From the NCBI GenBank assembly GCA_046498485.1, contig JAWOAO010000057.1:1-34358 (forward strand): 34,358 nt of DNA, read 5' to 3'. Shown here piece after piece: positions 27,147 through 34,358 of this stretch (position 1 is its first letter; each line of letters starts with the position of its first letter). Position numbers and translations under genes: made by a program. This DNA is from Marinobacter sp. (GTDB taxonomy: Bacteria > Pseudomonadota > Gammaproteobacteria > Pseudomonadales > Oleiphilaceae). A model generated the notes under the pieces. That model was not told the DNA's origin. It saw only the letters and a program-made list of their open reading frames with translations, and ran no database searches.

Positions 27147-28717
27147 GAACATTCTCCCCACATAATCGCCCGGCGGCGGGAAATACGTCAGGCATACCTG
27201 ACCAATGCGACCTGCTGATTATCGGAGGCGGCGTTAACGGTACCGGCATCGCCATGGATGCCGCCGGGCGCGGCCTTAAAGTCGTGCTGTGTGAAATGAA
27301 CGACCTTGCCTCAGCCACCTCGTCAAGCAGCAGCAAGCTGATCCACGGTGGCCTGCGCTATCTTGAGCACTACCAATTCCGCCTGGTGCGGGAAGCGTTG
27401 GCGGAACGGGAATCGCTGCTTGCCAACGCACCCCACATCATGTGGCCCATGCGCTTCCGGTTGCCACACCAGCCCCATCTGCGACCGGCCTGGATGATCC
27501 GGACCGGGCTGTTCCTGTACGATCATCTGGCCAAGCGGGAATTGCTGGCAGGCTCACGCGCCATCAGTTTCGGGGAAAACTCCCCGCTCAAACCTGACAT
27601 CACCAAAGGCTTTGAATACTCCGATGGCTGGGTCGACGATGCCCGGCTGGTGGTGTTGTTAGCGCGCAAAGCAAAGCAAAAAGGCGCCGTGATACTCAGC
27701 CGTGCCCGTTGCATCCGCACCGACCGCAAACAAGACGGCTGGCACGCGACGCTGGAAGACACCCTGGCCGGCCACCGTCGCACCGTAAAAGCCAAAGTCA
27801 TCGTCAATGCCACCGGCCCCTGGGTGAGCCGTATTTTCGGCGAAAACCTGGGCATGAAAGCGCCCAGACAGATCCGGATGGTCAAAGGCAGCCACATTGT
27901 GGTGCCCAGGCTTAATCAGGACGACGAAGCTTATATTCTGCAAAACGAAGATGATCGCATCGTATTTGTGATCCCGTACGAGGATCAGTTTTCTCTGATC
28001 GGCACCACCGATGTGGATTTTGCGGGCGATCCGCGCGAGGCCAGCATATCGCCGGAAGAGACCGATTACCTGCTCGCCATCGTGAACCAGTATTTCCGCA
28101 AACAACTGGCGCCGGCGGATGTCGTGTGGAGCTATTCCGGCGTACGACCGCTGATGGATGACGAAGGCGGCACGGCCCAGTCAGCATCCCGGGACTATTC
28201 CTATGACGTGGATGATAAAGACAACCAGCCACCGTTAATCTCTGTGTTCGGAGGCAAGATCACCACCTACCGCAAACTGGCCGAAGCGGTCACCGATCAG
28301 GTCTGCCGGTACTTCCCCGGTTCCGGCAAATCCTGGACCCGGAAAGCCCTGCTCCCGGGTGGCGACTTCGGTGATCACGCCGAACTGGAAGCCCGGCTGC
28401 GCTCCGATTTCCCATGGCTCAGCGCCGCCGTGGTTCGCCGTTTCACGCGCAGTTACGGTACCGACAGCTACCGGATTCTGGACCGATGCCGGTGCCCGGA
28501 AGATCTGGGACACTGGTACACCCAGACCCTGTCAAAGAGAGAAGTGGATTACCTGATCTTTGAGGAGTGGGCTCTGACTGCCGAGGACATTCTCTGGCGC
28601 CGGACCAAACAGGGCTTGTACATCAGCGACGAACAGCAGAGATCACTGGATATGTACATCTGTCAGACCGCACCCAGGCGCCTGACCGACTATGCAGGAC
28701 CGGCGTTGTCAGAGTAG
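27143..28717 (+). CDS. glpD: Aerobic (FAD-dependent) glycerol-3-phosphate dehydrogenase
   Basis: DLLIIGGGVNGTGIA, TSSSSSKLIHGGLRYLE, VDDARLV, YSGVRPL, GGKITTYRKLAE. Probable GTG start overlapping the upstream stop (GTGA). Confidence 0.95.
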   Translation: MRTFSPHNRPAAGNTSGIPDQCDLLIIGGGVNGTGIAMDAAGRGLKVVLCEMNDLASATSSSSSKLIHGGLRYLEHYQFRLVREALAERESLLANAPHIMWPMRFRLPHQPHLRPAWMIRTGLFLYDHLAKRELLAGSRAISFGENSPLKPDITKGFEYSDGWVDDARLVVLLARKAKQKGAVILSRARCIRTDRKQDGWHATLEDTLAGHRRTVKAKVIVNATGPWVSRIFGENLGMKAPRQIRMVKGSHIVVPRLNQDDEAYILQNEDDRIVFVIPYEDQFSLIGTTDVDFAGDPREASISPEETDYLLAIVNQYFRKQLAPADVVWSYSGVRPLMDDEGGTAQSASRDYSYDVDDKDNQPPLISVFGGKITTYRKLAEAVTDQVCRYFPGSGKSWTRKALLPGGDFGDHAELEARLRSDFPWLSAAVVRRFTRSYGTDSYRILDRCRCPEDLGHWYTQTLSKREVDYLIFEEWALTAEDILWRRTKQGLYISDEQQRSLDMYICQTAPRRLTDYAGPALSE

Positions 28718-29311
28718 CTGGCGGATGCGATTCTGTAACCGCGGCACAAGCTCTTGCTCGAACCAGGGGTTTTTACGGAGCCAGCCATTGTTCCGAGGGC
28801 TCGGATGGGGCATCGGCACAATGCCTGGCCAGTACTGCCGCCAGGCCCGGACATTGTCAGTCACCGAACGCCGGTGATCCGGCAGGTGCCAGGCGTGGGC
28901 ATACTGCCCGATCACCAGGGTCAGCTCAATGTGGGTCAGTCTGGCCAGGAGCTCTGCACGCCAGGTCGCGGCGCACTCCGGCCGGGGTGGCAAGTCGCCG
29001 GATTGGCCGGTACCCGGGTAGCAAAAGCCCATAGGCAGAATGGCAAACCGACGTTCATCATAGAAAATCTCCCGGGAGACACCCATCCACTGCCGCAGGC
29101 GATCCCCACTGGGATCGTTGAAGGGCATCCCGGTTTCATGCGCTTTACGGCCCGGCGCCTGACCGACCACCAGAATTCTGGACGATTCCGACAACTGCAC
29201 CACCGGCCGGGGGCCCAGCGGCAACTGATCGCGGCACAGGGTGCAGGCTCGCACCTGGTCAATCAGCGCCTCAAAACTCAGCTTGCCCAGTTCGCTGACC
29301 GGCTCTGTCAT
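28709..29311 (-). CDS. Uracil-DNA glycosylase superfamily protein (family 4-like)
   Basis: CTLC, GQAPG, SGDRLRQW, FCYPG, PRPECA, PHPSPRN; ATG overlaps the glk stop (TGATG). Confidence 0.88.
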   Translation of the reverse strand: MTEPVSELGKLSFEALIDQVRACTLCRDQLPLGPRPVVQLSESSRILVVGQAPGRKAHETGMPFNDPSGDRLRQWMGVSREIFYDERRFAILPMGFCYPGTGQSGDLPPRPECAATWRAELLARLTHIELTLVIGQYAHAWHLPDHRRSVTDNVRAWRQYWPGIVPMPHPSPRNNGWLRKNPWFEQELVPRLQNRIRQLL

Positions 29312-30279
29312 CACTGAACCTCGCCATGACCGAGCGCCGCAGCGGCGCCGTAAAGACCGCTCAGCGTATCCTGCACCACCCACACCGGCGTGGCCGCCAG
29401 CAGGGGTCGCATGCGGCCTTTGTTGTCGAATTCGTGCCGGAAATTGCTGGTCAGAAAGAACGGCAAGATGGCCGGCAGGATACCCCCACACAAATAGACG
29501 CCGCCAAAACTGCCCAGAGTCAGCGCGGCATTGCCTGCCACCTGCCCTAATATCTGACAAAAGCGCTGCAGGGCCTCCTGCGCCAGCTCACCCGATCCCG
29601 TCAGGGCGACCTCCGTTATCTGCTCCGGCGTAGTCAGCTCCGCTGGCAAGGCCCGGATAACGGCAAGGGCCTGGTACAGATTCATCAAGCCCTCGCCACA
29701 CAACAGACGCTCCACTGATACCCGGCCAAACCGCGGGCGCAGCTGGTTCAGAATCCGGCTTTCAAGGTCGTCTGTCGGCGCAAAATCGACATGACCGCCC
29801 TCGGTAGACAAGGGTAACCAGTCCTGTCCGGACGGCACCAACGCGGACACGCCCAGCCCGGTGCCCGGGCCCATAATCAACAACGCACCGGATTGCCTTT
29901 GCGCAGGGCCGCCCACAGGCACCAGCTTGTCCTGCGGCACGTGCAGCACACCCAGCGCCATCGCAGTGTAGTCATTCACCAGGTGGAACCGGCGCCAGCC
30001 AAAGCAGTTCCGGAGGCTGTCAATATCAAACCGCCAGTGGTTATTGGTCATGGCGACGGTGTTACCAGTCACCGGAGCTGCCACGGCGAAGCAGGCTTCA
30101 GAAACACTGGGCCCCGGAACGCTCGCAAGATACTCGGCGATGGCAGCCTGCGGCCCGGGGTAGTCATGACATTTCAGCGTGCGCGTGTGCAGGAGCGCCA
30201 CGGAACCCCGTTCGACCAGAGCAAAGCGGGCATGGGTGCCACCGATATCCCCGACCAGGGCAAGATCTTTTGCCGTCAC
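29311..30279 (-). CDS. glk: Glucokinase
   Basis: [38 protein letters not shown]; GTGA overlap with edd. Confidence 0.95.
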   Translation of the reverse strand: MTAKDLALVGDIGGTHARFALVERGSVALLHTRTLKCHDYPGPQAAIAEYLASVPGPSVSEACFAVAAPVTGNTVAMTNNHWRFDIDSLRNCFGWRRFHLVNDYTAMALGVLHVPQDKLVPVGGPAQRQSGALLIMGPGTGLGVSALVPSGQDWLPLSTEGGHVDFAPTDDLESRILNQLRPRFGRVSVERLLCGEGLMNLYQALAVIRALPAELTTPEQITEVALTGSGELAQEALQRFCQILGQVAGNAALTLGSFGGVYLCGGILPAILPFFLTSNFRHEFDNKGRMRPLLAATPVWVVQDTLSGLYGAAAALGHGEVQ

Positions 30280-32096
30280 AGCTCAGCGCTCCAGAACACA
30301 CTGGCGCCCTGCTCCGGAGTGCCGGCACCACGACGCATCCAGCCGAACAGTTCGCGACCGTAGCCCTGATGGTGCGCATCCAGGTCTTGCGTCGCCACCT
30401 CGCGTGCGGCCAGAGCGTCATCATCCAGCCGAACCGTGAGGATTCCATTGGTCGCGTCCAGACACACCAGATCGCCCGCGTGAATCCTGGCCAGCGGGCC
30501 GCCGTCGAGCGCTTCCGGGTAGACATGTATCGCCGCCGGCACTTTACCGGAGGCGCCGGACATCCGGCCATCGGTCACCAGAGCCACCTTGAATCCCCGA
30601 TCCTGCAAAACGCCCAGATAGGGCGTCAGTTTGTGCAGCTCTGGCATGCCATTGGCCCTGGGGCCCTGAAACCGCACCACCACCACGCAGTCACGGTCCA
30701 GGTCCCCTGCTTCAAACGCCGCTTTCAGCTCATTCTGCTCGTTGAACACCACCGCCGGAGCTTCCACGCAGTGATGCTCGGCAGCCACCGCCGACACCTT
30801 GATCACGCCCCGGCCCAGGTTGCCCTCCAGCACCTTCAGGCCGCCGTTCGCCGCAAACGGTTCCGCAGCACTGCTGAGCACATCCGGACGTAAACTTTTT
30901 GCCGGGGCCGGCTGCCAGGTCAGACTGCCATTGACCAGTTCGGGCATCTGGCCATACTGCGCCAGACCCTGCCCCATCACGGTATTCACATCGTTGTGCA
31001 GGTAGCCGCCGTCCAGCAGCTCCCGGATCAGGAACGGGGTGCCGCCGGCTTCGTGGAAGGCGTTGATGTCTTCCTGGCCGTTCGGGTAGATGCGGGTCAT
31101 TGACGGCACCACCGACGACAGTGCCGAGTAATCGTTCCAGTCGATAATAATACCTGCGGCCCGGGCGATCGCTATCCAGTGAATGGTGTGGTTGGTGGAG
31201 CCACCGGTGACCAGCAGGGCCACCAGAGCGTTGACGATGGCTTTCTCGTCCACCATTTCGGCCAGCCCGAGAGTGCCACCCTGGGGCCGGGATATCCGGA
31301 TCACCTGTTCCGTGGCAGCGCGGGTGAGCGCGTCCCGTAACGGAGTATCCGGGTGCACAAATGCCGAACCCGGCAGGTGCAGCCCCATCACTTCCACCAG
31401 CAGCTGGTTGGAATTGGCGGTGCCATAAAAGGTGCAGGTGCCAGGACTGTGGTAGGACTGGCTTTCCGCCTCCAGCAATTCGTCCTTGCCGATCTTGCCT
31501 TCGGCATAAAGCTGACGAATCCGCTGCTTTTCCTTGTTGGCAAGGCCCGAGGGCATGGGGCCGGCAGGCACCAGTATGGCGGGTAGATAGCCAAAGCTGA
31601 GCGCGCCGATCAACAGGCCTGGCACAATTTTGTCACAAATGCCGAGTAACATAACTGCATCGAACATGTTGTGGCTGAGCGCCACGGCGGTGCTCATGGC
31701 AATGGTATCCCGGGAAAACAGACTGAGCTCCATACCCGGCTGGCCCTGGGTAACCCCGTCGCACATGGCCGGCGTACCGCCGGCAAACTGGGCGACCGAG
31801 CCCATGCCATGAGCGGCTTCGCGAATCACATCCGGGAACCGGTGATAGGGCTGATGGGCAGAGAGCATATCGTTGTAGGCAGACACCATCGCCACATTGG
31901 CCTGGCTCATCAGCTTCAGGGTATCCTTATCCCCCTGCTGGCAGGCGGCGAAACCATGAGCCAGGTTACCGCAGGACAGCGTGCCCCGGTGCGGCTCCTG
32001 CCCCCGGAGCGCCGCCATCCTGGCCAGATAGGCCTGGCGAGATGGCCGGCTACGCTCGATAATACGGTTGGTGACCTCCAAGACTGTGGGTTGCAT
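30276..32096 (-). CDS. edd: Phosphogluconate dehydratase
   Basis: [50 protein letters not shown]; ATG 32096 after GGAGG. Confidence 0.97.
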   Translation of the reverse strand: MQPTVLEVTNRIIERSRPSRQAYLARMAALRGQEPHRGTLSCGNLAHGFAACQQGDKDTLKLMSQANVAMVSAYNDMLSAHQPYHRFPDVIREAAHGMGSVAQFAGGTPAMCDGVTQGQPGMELSLFSRDTIAMSTAVALSHNMFDAVMLLGICDKIVPGLLIGALSFGYLPAILVPAGPMPSGLANKEKQRIRQLYAEGKIGKDELLEAESQSYHSPGTCTFYGTANSNQLLVEVMGLHLPGSAFVHPDTPLRDALTRAATEQVIRISRPQGGTLGLAEMVDEKAIVNALVALLVTGGSTNHTIHWIAIARAAGIIIDWNDYSALSSVVPSMTRIYPNGQEDINAFHEAGGTPFLIRELLDGGYLHNDVNTVMGQGLAQYGQMPELVNGSLTWQPAPAKSLRPDVLSSAAEPFAANGGLKVLEGNLGRGVIKVSAVAAEHHCVEAPAVVFNEQNELKAAFEAGDLDRDCVVVVRFQGPRANGMPELHKLTPYLGVLQDRGFKVALVTDGRMSGASGKVPAAIHVYPEALDGGPLARIHAGDLVCLDATNGILTVRLDDDALAAREVATQDLDAHHQGYGRELFGWMRRGAGTPEQGASVFWSAEL

Positions 32097-32216
32097 GGCC
32101 CCCTCCATTGACGATGACACGCTACATAAGTGGACTTCCTTGCAGCAAGACTTTCAGCTTCAATCAACACTACTCAAGCCATACACAGATTTGAATATAC
32201 TCTAAGGACACACACT

Positions 32217-33665
32217 ATGCTCAGGCGCACCAAAATTGTCGCCACACTCGGCCCCGCCACCGACAGCGTGGAATCGCTGGCCGGTATTATTTCCGCAGGC
32301 GTGGATGTTACCCGGCTGAACTTCTCCCACGGCAGTGCCGAAGAACACATGGAGCGGGCGCGCCGGGTGCGTGAGGTTGCTGCAGCTCAAGGGCGTTATG
32401 TTGCCTTGCTGGCCGACCTGCAGGGTCCGAAACTTCGGATCGCCCGCTTTGCCGACAACAAGGTTACCCTGCAACGGGGCCAGACCTTTGTGCTGGACGC
32501 GGCCATGGACAAGGAAGCCGGCACCGATCAGCGCGTGGGCATTGATTATGAAGAACTGATCAACGACGTCAGCCCCGGCGATATTCTGGTACTGGACGAC
32601 GGCCGCATCGAAATGGAGGTCAACGCCGTTGATGCCCACAGTATTACCTCGACCGTTCTGATCGGCGGCCCCCTGTCCAACAACAAAGGCCTGAACAAGC
32701 GCGGCGGCGGCTTGTCAGCCGAGGCCCTGACTGACAAGGACAAGCGCGATATCGTCACCGCCGCACAGCTGGGCGCAGACTATGTAGCGGTCTCCTTTGT
32801 CCGTACCGCCGAAGACATGCACGTTGCCCGGCGCCTGCTCAAAGCGGCCGGCTCCGAGGCCGGCCTGGTGGCCAAGATAGAGCGTGCCGAGCTGGCCCAT
32901 GACAACGACGCCCTGGATGCGGTCATCGAAGCCTCCGACGCCGTCATGGTGGCGCGCGGTGACCTGGCCGTGGAAATTGGCGACGCTGAACTGGTGGGCG
33001 TGCAAAAACACATTATTGCCCGGGCCCGGGTGCTGAACCGGGTGGTCATTACCGCCACCCAGATGATGGAGTCGATGATCACCAATCCGATGCCGACACG
33101 GGCCGAGGTGTCTGACGTCGCCAATGCGGTGATGGACTATACCGACGCCGTCATGCTGTCAGCTGAAACGGCTGTTGGTGACTATCCGCTGGAAGCCGTC
33201 GAAGCCATGGTGCGCATCTGTCTGGGCGCGGAACGCCAACCTTCGATGCACCAGTCCAAACACCGGATTCACGAAAGCATGGAAAAGGTGGATCAGGCCA
33301 TCGCGCTATCAGCCATGTACGCAGCCAACCACCTGCAAGGGGTGGCTGCGATCATCTGCCTGACCGAAACCGGGTCGACGCCGAGGCTGATGTCCAGAAT
33401 AAAATCGAGCTTGCCGATCTTTGCCTTTTCCCGGCACCACGCCACCCAGCACCGGGTGGCGCTGTTTCGGGGCGTGCAGACGGTGCCCTTTGATTCAGCC
33501 AAACTGGCTCACGAGCAGGTTAATGCCCTGGCCATCAAAGAACTGGAAAGCCGAGGCATTGTAAAACACGGCGATCTGGTGGTGGTCACCAAAGGCGACT
33601 ACGTCAACGCCCAGGGTGGCACCAACTCGATGAAAATTGTCCGGGTTGGCTCTGATATCCGCTGA
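32217..33665 (+). CDS. pyk: Pyruvate kinase
   Basis: ATG 32217 after AAGGA; [51 protein letters not shown]. Confidence 0.97.
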   Translation: MLRRTKIVATLGPATDSVESLAGIISAGVDVTRLNFSHGSAEEHMERARRVREVAAAQGRYVALLADLQGPKLRIARFADNKVTLQRGQTFVLDAAMDKEAGTDQRVGIDYEELINDVSPGDILVLDDGRIEMEVNAVDAHSITSTVLIGGPLSNNKGLNKRGGGLSAEALTDKDKRDIVTAAQLGADYVAVSFVRTAEDMHVARRLLKAAGSEAGLVAKIERAELAHDNDALDAVIEASDAVMVARGDLAVEIGDAELVGVQKHIIARARVLNRVVITATQMMESMITNPMPTRAEVSDVANAVMDYTDAVMLSAETAVGDYPLEAVEAMVRICLGAERQPSMHQSKHRIHESMEKVDQAIALSAMYAANHLQGVAAIICLTETGSTPRLMSRIKSSLPIFAFSRHHATQHRVALFRGVQTVPFDSAKLAHEQVNALAIKELESRGIVKHGDLVVVTKGDYVNAQGGTNSMKIVRVGSDIR

Positions 33666-33677
33666 GCGCGGATTTGA

Positions 33678-34334
33678 TCAACCGGCTTTCAGAGCGGCAA
33701 GACTGGCGCGGGCAATCTCGGTAATCCGCGCCCAGTCTTGACTGGCAACGGCATCGTCCGGTGTCAGCCAGGTGCCGCCAACCGTCGCCACGTTCTCCAG
33801 TGCCAGATAATCGGCCGCAGTGTTTTGCCGGATGCCTCCGGTCGGGCAAAATACCACGTCCGGAAACGGTCCGGAAAAGGCCCTCAGTGCCGGAATTCCC
33901 CCGGACACTTCGGCGGGGAAAAACTTGAAATACCGGTAACCCTGGCCATAACCCATCAACAGTTCAGACGCCGTCGCAATACCTGGCAACAAGGGTACTT
34001 CGGAGGTTACCGCAAAATCCAGAATGGCCTCAGTCACCCCCGGCGTTATCACGAACTGGGCGCCTGCGGTTTCCACCTGACGATACTGGGCAATGCTGGT
34101 CACCGTGCCAGCCCCCACCCACGCCTCCGGCAGCGCCTGGCGAACCTGACGGATAGCCTCAATACCGAATTCAGTCCGTAAAGTGATTTCCAACACCTTG
34201 ATACCACCGTCAACCAGGGCGCGGCATAGCGGAACGGCATCACCCAGACGATGGATGGTAATCACCGGCATCAACGGCGAAGCCATCAACACCGCCCTGA
34301 TCCGCTCCTGATGTTCCATGGACACTTGTGGCAT
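33678..34334 (-). CDS. eda: KDPG/KHG aldolase
   Basis: LEITLRT, VGAGTV, FKFFPAE, FCPTGG. Confidence 0.96.
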   Translation of the reverse strand: MPQVSMEHQERIRAVLMASPLMPVITIHRLGDAVPLCRALVDGGIKVLEITLRTEFGIEAIRQVRQALPEAWVGAGTVTSIAQYRQVETAGAQFVITPGVTEAILDFAVTSEVPLLPGIATASELLMGYGQGYRYFKFFPAEVSGGIPALRAFSGPFPDVVFCPTGGIRQNTAADYLALENVATVGGTWLTPDDAVASQDWARITEIARASLAALKAG

Positions 34335-34358
34335 AACACTCTCCTTGATAGACGGGCC

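Noticed and set aside
24337-27161. 384-aa and 444-aa minus-strand ORFs
   Set aside because: Antisense shadows of phaC and the binding-protein gene, common in GC-rich coding DNA.
32130-32216. N-terminal extension of pyk, or a GAPDH C-terminal remnant in the spacer
   Set aside because: The RBS supports ATG 32217, and any resemblance to GAPDH is too weak to call without a search.
1-34358. CRISPR arrays, tRNA/rRNA, IS elements, prophage or defence genes
   Set aside because: No periodic repeats, RNA-gene signatures, transposase or integrase motifs seen; nearly all sequence is explained by the listed genes.

Overview
A 34.4 kb chromosomal segment of a marine gammaproteobacterium, most similar to Marinobacter (inferred from protein sequences and gene order). 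In order it holds: tusA, an ABM-domain gene, rlmM, a 7TMR-DISM diguanylate cyclase, an alpha/beta hydrolase, and a complete cbb3 oxidase locus (ccoNOQP-ccoGHIS plus a DsbD_2/TauE gene broken by one in-frame TAA). Next come ttcA, a DnaJ-related gene, a secreted polysaccharide deacetylase, and a four-gene envelope cluster resembling Acinetobacter filBCDE (C39 peptidase, FapF-like barrel, FadL-like barrel, MalM-like lipoprotein) with no adjacent filA or filF. The rest is an SLC13 transporter, a TraR/DksA-like gene divergent from phasin and phaC, an orphan periplasmic binding protein coupled to glpD, a UDG-family gene, and glk, edd, pyk and eda. Main points of interest: (i) the Fil-like cluster lacking its subunit gene; (ii) a single FNR/Anr box with symmetric -10 elements on both strands between the dksA-like gene and phaP-phaC, plus a CsrA-like hairpin over the phasin RBS; (iii) a cryptic CBS+GGDEF gene relic between phaC and the binding-protein gene; (iv) an abrupt junction near 611, where a foreign-looking DUF6544-like gene meets a DsbD-like C-terminus (probable chimera or insertion boundary). 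I saw no rRNA, tRNA, CRISPR array or IS element. All family assignments come from motif recognition, not database searches.
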